A stretch of 64,000 nt of DNA from an uncultured Alphaproteobacteria bacterium (GCA_902574475.1 CACGNZ010000005.1:2466-66465), one strand, 5' to 3'; positions 42,105-53,094 are shown, numbered from the stretch's first letter. Numbers and translations are program-made. Notes: a model not told the origin generated them from the letters alone.

Positions 42105-42557
42105 ATGAGATGCCCTTTCTGTAGTAATGAGGATACACAAGTAAAAGACTCAAGACCTACAGAAGATAATACAGCAATAAGAAGAAGAAGAGTTTGTGAT
42201 GCTTGCGGCTCTAGATTTACAACTTTTGAGAGAATTCAACTAAGAGATTTGGTTGTAATGAAAAGTAACGGTCAAAAAGAAAATTTTGATAGAGATAAAA
42301 TGTATAGATCTCTTTCTTTGGCTTTAAGAAAAAGAAATGTTGATAATGAAAAAATTGAAAAAATTGTAAATGCTATTGTAAGAAAATTAGAAAACTCAGG
42401 TGAAACTGATATAAAATCTAATATTATTGGTCAGTACATTATGGAAGCTTTAATGCATTTAGATCAGGTAGCATACGTCAGATTTGCATCTGTTTACAAA
42501 AATTTTAGAGAAGCAAAAGATTTTGAAGATTTCTTAGGTAATTTAGAAGATAAATAA
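42105..42557 (+). CDS. nrdR: Transcriptional repressor NrdR
   Basis: [26 protein letters not shown]. Confidence 0.97.
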   Translation: MRCPFCSNEDTQVKDSRPTEDNTAIRRRRVCDACGSRFTTFERIQLRDLVVMKSNGQKENFDRDKMYRSLSLALRKRNVDNEKIEKIVNAIVRKLENSGETDIKSNIIGQYIMEALMHLDQVAYVRFASVYKNFREAKDFEDFLGNLEDK

Positions 42558-42563
42558 TTTTTA

Positions 42564-43646
42564 GTGTCTCAACAAAATGTAAAGATGATTAATTTAGCGC
42601 ATAATATTGCTAAAAAAAAATTTGGAAAAACTTTCCCTAATCCCACAGTGGGCTGTGTAATTGCAAAAAATTCAAAAATAATTTCTAAAGCTGTAACCAA
42701 TAAATCTGGAAGGCCTCATGCTGAAGAAATAGCTCTAGCTAAAGCTGGACATAAAGCTAATGGAGCTTCAATGTATGTTACTTTAGAACCATGTTTTCAT
42801 AGTTCAAAAGATGGATCATGCACAGATCAAATATTAAGATCAGGAATTAAAGAAATATTTATATCTGCGGCTGATCCAGATGTTAGAACTAATTATAAAA
42901 GTATTAAAAAGTTAAAAAAAAATAATGTAATTGTAAATGTGGGTTTAGAAAAAAATAGAACATATAATTTAAATAAATTTTTTTTTAAAAGTGTTTTTAA
43001 GAAAAAACCATTTACAAAAGTCAAAATTGCAACTTCTGTAGATGAAAAAATTGCATGGCATGATTATAAAAGTAAATGGATATCTAATAAATCAAGTAGA
43101 GAATATGCACATAAGTTAAGGTCAATGAGTCAAGCTATTTTAACTACTTCAAAAACTGTATTAAAAGATGATCCAAGATTAACTATAAGATTAAAAAAAA
43201 CTTTAGAGCAACATATTCCAATTATAATAATTGATAATAATCTAAAAATACCAATGAAATCAAAAATATTAAAAGATATATCTAAAAAAAGAATTATTAT
43301 CTTTACTTCTAAAAAAAATAAAAAATCTGAAAATTTAATTAAATTAGGATGTGAAATTATTTTTTGTAAATTAAATAAAAACAAAAAACTAAATTTAAAA
43401 AATATTTTTAGTAAAATATACTCATTAAAAATATCAGATTTATTAGTTGAAGCAGGGGGTATTTTTTTTACAGAATTGTTAAATAAAAATTTAGTAGATG
43501 AAATTCATTTATTTAAATCCAAAATTATTATAGGAAAACATGGTAAGCCAGCAATTGTTGGAAAAAAACTTAGTCAATTAAATTTATCTTTAAATGAAAG
43601 AAAAAAATTTAAAGACGACATATATACAAACTATCAGGTGAATTAA
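42564..43646 (+). CDS. ribD: Riboflavin biosynthesis deaminase/reductase
   Basis: PNPTVG, HAE, TLEPC, VEAGG. Confidence 0.93.
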   Translation: MSQQNVKMINLAHNIAKKKFGKTFPNPTVGCVIAKNSKIISKAVTNKSGRPHAEEIALAKAGHKANGASMYVTLEPCFHSSKDGSCTDQILRSGIKEIFISAADPDVRTNYKSIKKLKKNNVIVNVGLEKNRTYNLNKFFFKSVFKKKPFTKVKIATSVDEKIAWHDYKSKWISNKSSREYAHKLRSMSQAILTTSKTVLKDDPRLTIRLKKTLEQHIPIIIIDNNLKIPMKSKILKDISKKRIIIFTSKKNKKSENLIKLGCEIIFCKLNKNKKLNLKNIFSKIYSLKISDLLVEAGGIFFTELLNKNLVDEIHLFKSKIIIGKHGKPAIVGKKLSQLNLSLNERKKFKDDIYTNYQVN

Positions 43647-44236
43647 TGTTTACAGGTATTATTCAAGATTTAGGAAAAATTAAAACTAAAGAAGAAGGGC
43701 TTTACCAAATATCTACGAATCTTGATTTGAGTAATTGTAAGGAAGGTTCTTCAATTTCTTGTAATGGAGTGTGTCTTACAGCAAAGAATATAACCCCATC
43801 AAACAACAATTCATTTAGCTTTGATGTGAACATTGGAGAAGAAACTTTGAAAAGAACAAATCTTGCTAACTCTATTTTAAAAAATGAAAATATTAATTTG
43901 GAAAAATCTCTTCAGATAGGTGACGAAATCAGTGGCCATTTTGTGTATGGTCATGTTGATACTACAACTAATGTAAGTGATATTTTAGAACTTGAAAATA
44001 GTTGGGAATATCATTTTGAAAAAAAATTTAATAAAAACAATAGATTTATAGTTGAAAAAGGATCTATTTCAATAAATGGTATTTCTTTAACAGTAGCAAA
44101 AGTACAAAATAATACTTTTATGATTTCTATCATTGATCATACATTTCATCATACTAATTTAAAATTTTTACAAAAAAGTGATCAAGTAAATATTGAATTT
44201 GATTATCTTGCCCGTTTCATCTTAAATAATGAATAA
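43646..44236 (+). CDS. ribE: Riboflavin synthase
   Basis: MFTGII, NGVCLT, GHFVYGHVD, VNIEFD. Confidence 0.95.
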   Translation: MFTGIIQDLGKIKTKEEGLYQISTNLDLSNCKEGSSISCNGVCLTAKNITPSNNNSFSFDVNIGEETLKRTNLANSILKNENINLEKSLQIGDEISGHFVYGHVDTTTNVSDILELENSWEYHFEKKFNKNNRFIVEKGSISINGISLTVAKVQNNTFMISIIDHTFHHTNLKFLQKSDQVNIEFDYLARFILNNE

Positions 44237-45332
44237 AGATAACATTGAAGAAAGTTTATCTTCTATTGAAGAAATCATAGAAGATGCAAGAAATGGTAAA
44301 ATGTATATTCTTGTTGATGATCCTGACAGAGAGAATGAGGGCGATCTAATCATTCCCGCTCAATATGCTAACCCTCAAGCTATTAATTTTATGGCAAAAC
44401 ATGGAAGAGGATTAATTTGTTTAGCTTTAACTAAGGAAAGAATAGAGGAATTGGAACTTCCCTTAATGAATCCAAGTAACATAAAAAATGATTTAACTGC
44501 ATTTACTGTTTCTATTGAGGCAAAAGAAGGGGTGACAACCGGAATATCTGCAGCTGATAGAGCGCATACCATATCAGTAGCTGTAAATAATAATAAAAAC
44601 AAAAACGATCTAGTTTATCCTGGTCACGTTTTTCCTCTTATGGCTTGGGATGGGGGAGTATTAGTTCGTGCTGGTCATACAGAGGCAGCAGTTGATATTT
44701 CAAAACTTGCCAATTTAAACCCTTCTGGAGTTATTTGTGAAATTATGAGCGAAGATGGATCTATGGCGAGATTACCAGAAATTATAAAATTTGCAAAATT
44801 GCATAATTTAAAAGTAGGAACTGTTAGTGACTTGATTAAATTTAGACTTAAAAAAACTAAAATTGTTGAACAGATCTCCGAAAGACCATTTGAAAGTGAG
44901 ATGGGGTCACAATTTACTTTAAAAGTTTTTCAAAATACCATTTCAGGTGAAAAGCATTACGCTCTAGTAAAAAATCTCAATAATGAAAAGCAACCTGTGT
45001 TTGTTAGAATGCACAGACTGAATGTTACAAAGGATATATTTGAAGAAAAAAATATTTTTGGAAGTGAAATTAAGTCTGCTTTTCAGCTTATAGAGAAGAA
45101 TGGATCTGGTGCCATAGTTTTAATAAATAGTGATATGTCACCAAGTATACTAAAAACTTTCAATAAAAGAAAAAGATCAAAAAATAAATTAGAACTAAGA
45201 GAATATGGTGTAGGCGCTCAGATTTTATCATTACTTCAAATAAATAAAATTATATTATTAACAAACAGTAAGAAAAGAATTATTGCCTTGGATGGATTTA
45301 ATATTGAAATAGTTGATCAGAAAAAAATATGA
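44229..45332 (+). CDS. ribB: DHBP synthase fused to a degenerate GTP cyclohydrolase II domain (RibBX-like)
   Basis: DRENEGD, RAGHTE; C-terminal domain keeps REYGVGAQIL but lacks the Zn-binding cysteines. Confidence 0.9.
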   Translation: MNKDNIEESLSSIEEIIEDARNGKMYILVDDPDRENEGDLIIPAQYANPQAINFMAKHGRGLICLALTKERIEELELPLMNPSNIKNDLTAFTVSIEAKEGVTTGISAADRAHTISVAVNNNKNKNDLVYPGHVFPLMAWDGGVLVRAGHTEAAVDISKLANLNPSGVICEIMSEDGSMARLPEIIKFAKLHNLKVGTVSDLIKFRLKKTKIVEQISERPFESEMGSQFTLKVFQNTISGEKHYALVKNLNNEKQPVFVRMHRLNVTKDIFEEKNIFGSEIKSAFQLIEKNGSGAIVLINSDMSPSILKTFNKRKRSKNKLELREYGVGAQILSLLQINKIILLTNSKKRIIALDGFNIEIVDQKKI

Positions 45333-45730
45333 ATAATAAAATTCTAATAGTATCAGCAAATTATTACAAAGAAATATCGAGAAATCTTGAGTTGGGTGCA
45401 ATCAATACCCTTAAAGAAAATGGTTATGAATATGAAGTTATTAATGCACCGGGTTGTTTTGAAATTCCCTATTTAATTAAAAAGAATATTAATAATTTTA
45501 AAGGATTTATTTCTTTAGGATGTATTATTAAAGGTGATACGTATCATTTTGAAGTTATTGCTAATGAAACTTCTAGAAAAATTATGGATCTATCTGTTGA
45601 ATATAATGTTCCTATTGGATTTGGTATCTTAACGTGTTACGATTTAGAGCAAGCAATAATAAGAAGTGATATTAATCAAAAAAATAAAGGTCAAGAAACC
45701 GCATTAGCTTGCATAGAGTTATTAAAATAA
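45329..45730 (+). CDS. ribH: 6,7-dimethyl-8-ribityllumazine synthase
   Basis: PGCFEIP, LGCIIKGDTYHF, FGILT. Confidence 0.94.
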   Translation: MNNKILIVSANYYKEISRNLELGAINTLKENGYEYEVINAPGCFEIPYLIKKNINNFKGFISLGCIIKGDTYHFEVIANETSRKIMDLSVEYNVPIGFGILTCYDLEQAIIRSDINQKNKGQETALACIELLK

Positions 45731-45733
45731 AAA

Positions 45734-46204
45734 ATGCAAAATTATATCAAGTCACAAACAAGACTTGCTTTTGTTCAATATATTTTTCAGAATGAATTCT
45801 TAAATACAGATTGTACAGAAGGTATTAATGATTTTCAAAAACATTTTTACGATACTAATATTGCCATTATTGATGAAAAGAAAGAATTTAAACTGAAATT
45901 TAATAAAAATTTTTTAAATAGACTTTTTTCTAGCTTTCAAAATAATATTGATAAAAAAGTTATTATTGAAGATTTGAATAAGTTTATTGATATAAATCGA
46001 AAATTTGAAAAATGGGATAATATTTTGAAATCAATAATATTTGCAATAATTGCAGAATTATTAATTACTGAAAAAAATAAATTTAAAATTGTTTTTAATG
46101 ATTACTTAAATATCAGTAAAAGTCTTGTTTCTAGTAAAGAAACTAAATTAATTAATGCTATAATTCAAAAATATATAGACAAATATGAAATTGATAAAAA
46201 ATAA
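45734..46204 (+). CDS. nusB: Transcription antitermination factor NusB (divergent)
   Basis: RLAFVQ, all-helical, ends LINAI; ribH-nusB-thiL synteny. Confidence 0.75.
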   Translation: MQNYIKSQTRLAFVQYIFQNEFLNTDCTEGINDFQKHFYDTNIAIIDEKKEFKLKFNKNFLNRLFSSFQNNIDKKVIIEDLNKFIDINRKFEKWDNILKSIIFAIIAELLITEKNKFKIVFNDYLNISKSLVSSKETKLINAIIQKYIDKYEIDKK

Positions 46205-47165
46205 TTTATCTGAAAAATTAATAATAAATAAATATTTTAAAAAATTAAATTTAAAAAAAAGGGGAACATTTAATTTTGAAAATGATGGAGCATATTTAGA
46301 TTTAAACAATAAAAATTATAAACTTACTGTTACGACTGATAGCATTTCTGAGGATATAGATTTTCTCTCTAATGACGACCCCACATCGATAGCTCAAAAA
46401 ATTACAACAGTAAATTTATCTGATATTTTTGCAATGGGAGCCTTACCTCACTCTTATCTTTTAAATTTACATTTACCAAATCATATTAATGAAAATTGGT
46501 TAAATTCATTTTCACATCGATTAAAAAAAATACAAAGTAAATATGGATTTTATCTTTTGGGTGGTGATTTATCAAAATCAAATAAACTTATTGTTTCTTC
46601 AACTTTCTTTGGATTTATAAAAAAAAAATTAGAGATATATCAAAATAAATTTAATTTAAATGATGATATTTTAATAACTGGCAATATTGGTGAGTCAAAA
46701 ATTGGTTTAGAGATTTTAAAAAAAAAACTTTTATCAAATACAAATTTGAAACAATATTTTATTAAAAAATATCTATATCCCAGACCTTGTAAACTTGGAC
46801 CATTAATTGCACATCATGTTAATTCAATGAAAGATATTTCTGATGGTCTGATTGGAGATTTAACTGATATGTTAAATGATAAATATGGTGCATTAATTAA
46901 TGTAAATAAAATTCCATTAAGTGTTAAAACAAAAAAAATTCTCAATATTAAAAAAAATTATAGAATTGAAAATCTAATAAATGCTGGTGATGATTATGGA
47001 TTGATAATCATATCTAATCAAAAAAATAGAAATAAAATTTTAAGTATTGCCAATAAAAATAATATTAGAATTTCGTGCATTGGAAAAATTATTAATGAAA
47101 AAGGAATTCATTTCGATTCATATTTAGACATAAAGAACATTAAGAAATTTGATCATTTCTGCTAA
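46185..47165 (+). CDS. thiL: Thiamine-monophosphate kinase
   Basis: VNLSDIFAMG, GGD, DISDGL, GDDY. Confidence 0.92.
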   Translation: MKLIKNNLSEKLIINKYFKKLNLKKRGTFNFENDGAYLDLNNKNYKLTVTTDSISEDIDFLSNDDPTSIAQKITTVNLSDIFAMGALPHSYLLNLHLPNHINENWLNSFSHRLKKIQSKYGFYLLGGDLSKSNKLIVSSTFFGFIKKKLEIYQNKFNLNDDILITGNIGESKIGLEILKKKLLSNTNLKQYFIKKYLYPRPCKLGPLIAHHVNSMKDISDGLIGDLTDMLNDKYGALINVNKIPLSVKTKKILNIKKNYRIENLINAGDDYGLIIISNQKNRNKILSIANKNNIRISCIGKIINEKGIHFDSYLDIKNIKKFDHFC

Positions 47166-47222
47166 AAACTTGATTTTTTCTTTAGTTTCTGACATATCAC
47201 CCAAAATTTTAAGGAGTTTTCA

Positions 47223-49328
47223 ATGACAACACTGCAGGTATTAATTGTTTTATGCGGTCTAGCAGCCGTTCTTTATGGTTTAGTAACATCTAGACAAATT
47301 TTATCACTAGGTTCTGGAAATGATAAAATGCAAGAAATTGCTGGCGCAATTCAAGAGGGAGCTAGGGCTTATTTAAATAGACAGTATATGACCATCGCAA
47401 TTGTAGGTGTTGTTATTTTTGCTCTTATATGGATAGTTTTTGATTTAGCATCAGGTATTGGTTTTTTAATTGGTGCATTTTTTTCTGGTGCTGCTGGTTA
47501 TGTTGGTATGAACATTTCTGTGCGTTCAAATGTACGTACAACACATGCAGCAAGTAAAAGTTTAGCTGAGGGTTTATCTGTATCTTTTAAAGCAGGAGCA
47601 GTAACCGGTATGTTAGTCGCAGGATTTGCACTACTATCAATTGCTATTTTTTACTTTGTTTTACATAACTCTGGATCATTTCCAGGAAGAGAAATTGTTG
47701 CTCCTTTAGTTTCACTTGGTTTTGGTGCATCATTAATTTCAATTTTTGCAAGATTAGGTGGAGGTATTTTTACTAAGGGTGCTGATGTAGGAGCAGATTT
47801 AGTTGGTAAAGTAGAAGCTGGTATACCAGAAGATGATCCAAGAAATCCTGCTGTTATTGCTGATAATGTTGGTGATAATGTTGGTGACTGTGCAGGAATG
47901 GCCGCAGATCTTTTCGAAACTTATGTTGTAACTGTTGTAGCAACAATGGTTTTGGCCTCTATATTTTTTGTAGAGAATTCCTATACAATGATGATATTTC
48001 CTCTAGCTATTGCAGGTGTTTGTGCATTAACAAGTATAATTGGAACATACTTTGTGAGGCTTGGAAAAAATAACAATATTATGGCTGCCCTTTATAGAGG
48101 ATTTGCAGTGTCGGCTATTTTATCTGCTATTTTATTATATTTTGTTACTGATTATATAGTTGGGTTAAATAATGTTTTAGTTGTTGAAGGAACATCGACT
48201 CAGTTTACTGGGATGTCACTTTTCATTTGTGGTTTACTTGGCTTAATTATTACAGGTTTAATAATATGGGTAACTGAATATTACACAGGAACTAATTACA
48301 GACCTGTCCAAAGTATTGCACAATCTTCAACAACTGGTCATGGAACTAATGTTATTCAGGGCTTGGCAATAAGTTTAGAAGCAACAGCCCTGCCCGCATT
48401 GATTATTGTTGCAGGTATTATTTCAACTTATTCATTAGCAGGTTTGTTTGGTATAGCAATTGCTGTTACAACTATGTTAGCTTTAGCTGGTATGGTAGTT
48501 GCTTTGGATGCCTATGGACCTGTAACTGATAATGCTGGTGGAATTGCAGAGATGTCAAATTTAGATGAAAATGTTAGAAAGACAACAGATGCACTTGATG
48601 CAGTTGGTAATACAACTAAAGCTGTAACAAAAGGTTATGCTATTGGATCAGCAGGATTGGGTGCGCTTGTTCTATTTGCGGCTTATACTGAGGATCTTGA
48701 TCATTTTGCTAAAGATCAAAGCAGTCCTTTATATGGAATAGAAGTTTCATTTGATTTATCTAACCCTTATGTTGTTGTTGGGTTGTTATTAGGAGGATTA
48801 CTACCTTTCTTATTTGGTGCATTAAGTATGACTGCAGTTGGTAGGGCAGCTGGTTCAGTTGTTCTAGAAGTGAGAAGGCAATTTAAAGAAATTCCTGGTA
48901 TTATGGAAGGTAAGGGTAAACCAGAATATGGTACCTGTGTAGATATACTTACTAAATCAGCAATTAAAGAAATGATAATCCCATCAATGTTACCTGTATT
49001 ATCACCTATTATTGTATACTTTGTAATTTTATTTATAGCTGGCCAATCTGCTGCATTATCCTGCTTAGGTGCTTTGTTACTTGGAGTTATTATAACTGGA
49101 TTATTTGTAGCTATAAGCATGACCGCTGGAGGCGGAGCATGGGATAATGCTAAGAAATATATTGAGGATGGTAATCATGGAGGTAAGGGAAGTGAAGCAC
49201 ATAAAGCTGCTGTAACAGGTGATACAGTTGGAGATCCCTACAAAGATACTGCAGGGCCTGCAGTTAATCCTATGATTAAGATTACAAACATTGTTGCCCT
49301 ACTTCTTTTAGCTGCAATATCTTTATAA
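47223..49328 (+). CDS. hppA: Membrane H+-translocating pyrophosphatase, K+-independent type
   Basis: [32 protein letters not shown] (Lys determinant). Confidence 0.95.
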   Translation: MTTLQVLIVLCGLAAVLYGLVTSRQILSLGSGNDKMQEIAGAIQEGARAYLNRQYMTIAIVGVVIFALIWIVFDLASGIGFLIGAFFSGAAGYVGMNISVRSNVRTTHAASKSLAEGLSVSFKAGAVTGMLVAGFALLSIAIFYFVLHNSGSFPGREIVAPLVSLGFGASLISIFARLGGGIFTKGADVGADLVGKVEAGIPEDDPRNPAVIADNVGDNVGDCAGMAADLFETYVVTVVATMVLASIFFVENSYTMMIFPLAIAGVCALTSIIGTYFVRLGKNNNIMAALYRGFAVSAILSAILLYFVTDYIVGLNNVLVVEGTSTQFTGMSLFICGLLGLIITGLIIWVTEYYTGTNYRPVQSIAQSSTTGHGTNVIQGLAISLEATALPALIIVAGIISTYSLAGLFGIAIAVTTMLALAGMVVALDAYGPVTDNAGGIAEMSNLDENVRKTTDALDAVGNTTKAVTKGYAIGSAGLGALVLFAAYTEDLDHFAKDQSSPLYGIEVSFDLSNPYVVVGLLLGGLLPFLFGALSMTAVGRAAGSVVLEVRRQFKEIPGIMEGKGKPEYGTCVDILTKSAIKEMIIPSMLPVLSPIIVYFVILFIAGQSAALSCLGALLLGVIITGLFVAISMTAGGGAWDNAKKYIEDGNHGGKGSEAHKAAVTGDTVGDPYKDTAGPAVNPMIKITNIVALLLLAAISL

Positions 49329-49330
49329 AT

Positions 49331-49759
49331 TTAAGGAGATGTTGGTAACTCGCGTTGAGTACCAACACCTCCAAAAATTCTCTCTATTAAACCTCTTTTG
49401 ACTAAATTATTATCCGTTTTAAATTTTATATTTTCTATATTTTGTAAATCTTTAATGTCATATACTTTTGAGTAAATTATTTTATCATTTTCATCAAAGT
49501 TAAATACAAAAATATAGCTATACTCTTGCCTTTCCTTAAATATTGATTTTCTAAAATTTTTTTCAGTAAAATAGAAATATTTATTTTCAATTGGATCAAT
49601 ATAGCTAGGTGAACCAAGCTTGGTTAACAAGTATTCTTTGTTTTTAAAATTAATATTATCTAAATTTTCTTGATTTATTATTTTTCCAGAATAGTTAATT
49701 TCATTAGAGCAACTAAATGAAAATAATAGTATAGTTATAATTATAAAAATTTTAGTCAT
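49331..49759 (-). CDS. bamE: Outer membrane assembly lipoprotein BamE
   Basis: Lipobox FSC, LGSPS, YFY; divergent from a Cbp3-like gene as in alphaproteobacteria. Confidence 0.8.
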   Translation of the reverse strand: MTKIFIIITILLFSFSCSNEINYSGKIINQENLDNINFKNKEYLLTKLGSPSYIDPIENKYFYFTEKNFRKSIFKERQEYSYIFVFNFDENDKIIYSKVYDIKDLQNIENIKFKTDNNLVKRGLIERIFGGVGTQRELPTSP

Positions 49760-49762
49760 ATT

Positions 49763-50254
49763 ATGGTACTACAGTATTTAAATAAAAAAGAAAATAAAGA
49801 GAAAAATATTGCTCTTAAACAATACAAAAAAATCCTTGAGGATAGTATAATTTTTCTAAATGAATATGATTTATTTAAATATAAAAATTATAACAGCTCA
49901 TTTGAAATAGTTTCGATATTATTAATCATTTATTTTAAAATAAATACATTTGGAAAAAAATTAGATTATAATAAAATTAATGATCATTTAATTTCTTTAT
50001 TCATTAATGATTTAGATGAATCTCTTAGGCAAAAAGGCATAGGTGATATGTCTATTGGAAAATATGTTAAATCTTATGTAAAAAAATTTTATTTTAGATT
50101 AAAAAAATTTCCAAAAAATTACGACTTTAAAAATATAGAAGATTTAAATGATTATATGAATATTGTATATTCTTTAAAAGAAAACAAGTTTATTGATTTC
50201 TCAATTAGAATAAATGATAAGTACAACGAGATCAAAAAATCTTATTTGATGTAA
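49763..50254 (+). CDS. Ubiquinol-cytochrome c chaperone (Cbp3) family protein
   Basis: DLDESLRQKGIGDMSIGKYVK. Confidence 0.82.
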   Translation: MVLQYLNKKENKEKNIALKQYKKILEDSIIFLNEYDLFKYKNYNSSFEIVSILLIIYFKINTFGKKLDYNKINDHLISLFINDLDESLRQKGIGDMSIGKYVKSYVKKFYFRLKKFPKNYDFKNIEDLNDYMNIVYSLKENKFIDFSIRINDKYNEIKKSYLM

Positions 50255-50261
50255 ATATTCC

Positions 50262-50289
50262 TTGCAATAATTTAAAAATCTAATATTTG
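50262..50289 (+). promoter_or_regulatory. Putative leaderless promoter of rpmF
   Basis: TTGCAA-N16-TATTTG, 7 nt before the ATG. Confidence 0.45.
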
Positions 50290-50296
50290 GGTAAAA

Positions 50297-50488
50297 ATGG
50301 CTGTTCCTAAAAGAAAAACTAGCGTTTCAAAAAGAAACATGAGAAGATCTCACAGTGCTTTAAAAAAGTTAAACATTATAATTGATAAAGACTCAGGAGA
50401 AGCAAGATTATCTCACCAGATTGATAAATCTACTGGTTTTTACAAAGGGCGTGAAATATTTAAGAAAAAATCTCAAGATAAAAATTAA
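50297..50488 (+). CDS. rpmF: 50S ribosomal protein L32
   Basis: [19 protein letters not shown]. Confidence 0.97.
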   Translation: MAVPKRKTSVSKRNMRRSHSALKKLNIIIDKDSGEARLSHQIDKSTGFYKGREIFKKKSQDKN

Positions 50489-50490
50489 AA

Positions 50491-51501
50491 ATGTCAGTTA
50501 GGCAAATTACCATTGCTATAGATGCAATGGGTGGTGAAAATAGTCCACATAAAGTTCTTAAAGGTGTAGAAATATTCTTAAAAAAAGAAAGTAATATAAA
50601 AATTATTCTATTTGGAAATAAAAACGTAATCAATAATTATATAATAAAAAACAATTTATCATTACCAAATATTGAAATAATTAATACTGATCAAATTATA
50701 AGTGATGAAGATAATGTACATACAATATTGAGATCAAAAAAAAATAGCAGTATGTTTAAGGCAATAGAATATGCCAAAAAATATAATACTGGCTTTGTAT
50801 CAGCGGGTAGTACTGCTGCTATAATGGTTTTATCAAGATTACACTTTGGGATGATAGATGGTATAGATAGACCTGCAATATGTTCATTAATACCCAATAG
50901 AAAAAATTATTCTTTAATGTTAGATCTTGGGGCTAATGTTAGTGTTAGTGGATCTAATTTATTGCAGTTTGCAATAATGGGATATTGTTATTTTTTATTA
51001 ATTAATAAAGAAAAAAAACCCAGTATTGGAATATTAAATATTGGAACTGAAAACAACAAAGGTCTTGAGTTTCTCCAAGAAGGTTCTGAACTTATTGCAT
51101 CAAGTTTTTTAAAAGACTATTTTGTAGGTTTTATTGAGCCAAATAAAATTACATCTGGAGATTGTGATATAATTGTATCTGATGGATACACTGGAAACAT
51201 AATGTTAAAATCTGCTGAGGGAATATCAAATTTCATTACTTTAAAATTAAAAGAGATATTTGAAAAATCAATAATGAATAAAATTTCTTATAAAATTATT
51301 GAAAAAGATTTAGTTCTTTTAAAAAATCAAGTTAATCCAGATATATACAATGGAGCTACATTGATCGGCTTAAATGGTATTGCGATTAAAAGTCATGGTA
51401 ACGCAAATCCAATTGCTTTTAGTCATGCTATAAATCAATGCTATAATTTCATGTTAAATAATTTGAACAGACAAATAATAAACTCTATAAAAAATTTATG
51501 A
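50491..51501 (+). CDS. plsX: Phosphate acyltransferase PlsX
   Basis: IDAMGGE, IDRPA, LDLGAN, DGYTGN, KSHG. Confidence 0.95.
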   Translation: MSVRQITIAIDAMGGENSPHKVLKGVEIFLKKESNIKIILFGNKNVINNYIIKNNLSLPNIEIINTDQIISDEDNVHTILRSKKNSSMFKAIEYAKKYNTGFVSAGSTAAIMVLSRLHFGMIDGIDRPAICSLIPNRKNYSLMLDLGANVSVSGSNLLQFAIMGYCYFLLINKEKKPSIGILNIGTENNKGLEFLQEGSELIASSFLKDYFVGFIEPNKITSGDCDIIVSDGYTGNIMLKSAEGISNFITLKLKEIFEKSIMNKISYKIIEKDLVLLKNQVNPDIYNGATLIGLNGIAIKSHGNANPIAFSHAINQCYNFMLNNLNRQIINSIKNL

Positions 51502-51803
51502 TCAATAACAAAAATATTTCAAGAGATGATATTGCAAATGCAATAAATCAAGATTTTGGTTTTAATAAAAAACAATGTCTCGAAATTGTTAATGATATTA
51601 TTGAAATAATTATTGAAGGCTTGATCTTAAACCAAATTGTAAAAATTCACAATTTTGGCACATTTAGATTAATAAAAAAAAATAGTAGACTTGGAAGGAA
51701 TCCAAAAACTAAAGAAGAATATACTATCTCAAGTAGATTTGTTGTAACATTTAAAGCTAGCAGAATATTATTATCTAGTATTAATAATCAAAATAATGAT
51801 TAA
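51498..51803 (+). CDS. ihfA: Integration host factor alpha
   Basis: FGTF, RLGRNPKT, VVTFKAS; synteny. Confidence 0.85.
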   Translation: MINNKNISRDDIANAINQDFGFNKKQCLEIVNDIIEIIIEGLILNQIVKIHNFGTFRLIKKNSRLGRNPKTKEEYTISSRFVVTFKASRILLSSINNQNND

Positions 51804-52167
51804 AAAAAAATATTTAAATATCTCTGAAGTATCCAAAATGCTTAATTTACAAGAACATAAAATTAGATATTGGGATTCAATTGATCCAAAAACAAAAAAA
51901 TACAGAATAGAGGGTATCTCAACAAAAAGTAAAGGTGGTACTAGGTATTTTAATAATGATAATATTAGTAAACTAGAGAAGTTAAAGCAAATTTTGTATG
52001 ATGATAATTCTCAAAATTATTCAATAAAATTAGCAAATAAAATAATATCGTCAAATAAAGTTAATAATTTTAATCGAAAAAAACCTAGTTTCATTAATAA
52101 TGAAAATCTAAAAAAAATTGATCAGATTCTTAATAAAATGAGATTATTGTTGAAAAACAATGATTAA
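51796..52167 (+). CDS. MerR family HTH protein
   Basis: ISEVSKML...IRYWD, GGTRYF; follows ihfA. Confidence 0.8.
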   Translation: MIKKKYLNISEVSKMLNLQEHKIRYWDSIDPKTKKYRIEGISTKSKGGTRYFNNDNISKLEKLKQILYDDNSQNYSIKLANKIISSNKVNNFNRKKPSFINNENLKKIDQILNKMRLLLKNND

Positions 52168-52329
52168 AAAAAAATATTTAAAAAAAAATTCATATATTTC
52201 ATATAGTTAAATAAGATATTTATACAAAAAATAAGAAAAAAAAAGTTATTTTTAAGGTTTTATTTGTGCGTCAATTAAAATATATGAACTTCATCTTATT
52301 AGTAAGGAAACAAACTATAAGGAGTTTTT

Positions 52330-53094
52330 ATGTTAAATAAGACTAGTCTACTAGGTATCATTGCTGCGACTATAGCATTTATTGCTGTTCCAGCATTTGC
52401 TGCCGATACTTTCTTAGGTGAAGGTGATTTCGTAGGTATTACATTCTGGATTGTTTCAATCGGAATGTGGGCATCTACTATTTTCTTCTTTTATGAAGGA
52501 ATGAGAGTTTCTGCAAAATGGAGAACTTCAATGGTAGTAGCAGGGCTAATTACTTTTATTGCCGCTGTTCACTACATGTATATGAGAGATTTTTGGGTTG
52601 CTACAGGTGAATCTCCAACAGTATATAGATATATTGATTGGATTTTAACTGTTCCACTTCAAATGGTCGAGTTCTTCTTAATTCTAGTTGCTGCTGGTGC
52701 AGCTGTTTCTAGTGGTGCTTTCTGGAGACTTCTAGTTGGTACACTTGTTATGGTTGTAGGTGGATATCTTGGAGAAGCAGGTCATATTTCGGTATTACTT
52801 GGTTTCATCATTGGTATGATCGGTTGGGCTGTAATCATTTGGGAAATATTCCGAGGTGAAGCAAGTCAAGCTGCAACAACTAAAGAATCAGTAACGTCAG
52901 CATTTAATGCAATGAGATTAATTGTATTAGTTGGTTGGGCGATTTATCCTCTTGGATATGTATTTGGTTTAATGATGGGTTCAGTTGATGCTGATACTCT
53001 AAACTGGATTTACAACCTTGCTGATTTTATTAACAAAATCTTATTCGGTTTAATTATCTGGAACGCTGCTGCTAAAGACTCAGCAACTGCATAA
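52330..53094 (+). CDS. Proteorhodopsin (DTE proton pump, Q105 blue-tuned)
   Basis: Signal peptide, HYMYMR, RYIDWILTVPLQMVE, NLADFINK (retinal Lys); AAGGAG RBS. Confidence 0.96.
   Translation: MLNKTSLLGIIAATIAFIAVPAFAADTFLGEGDFVGITFWIVSIGMWASTIFFFYEGMRVSAKWRTSMVVAGLITFIAAVHYMYMRDFWVATGESPTVYRYIDWILTVPLQMVEFFLILVAAGAAVSSGAFWRLLVGTLVMVVGGYLGEAGHISVLLGFIIGMIGWAVIIWEIFRGEASQAATTKESVTSAFNAMRLIVLVGWAIYPLGYVFGLMMGSVDADTLNWIYNLADFINKILFGLIIWNAAAKDSATA

Noticed and set aside
42557-42564. FMN riboswitch before the rib genes (also glycine or TPP riboswitches at glyA and thiL)
   Set aside because: The intergenic gaps are only a few bases or overlapping, leaving no room for an aptamer.
50297-50488. Cys-free L32 as a zinc-sparing paralogue
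   Set aside because: It sits at the canonical locus, and the Cys-less form is common in proteobacteria.
52168-52329. sRNA or structured leader upstream of proteorhodopsin
   Set aside because: AT-rich low-complexity sequence with no convincing stem; probably just the promoter region.
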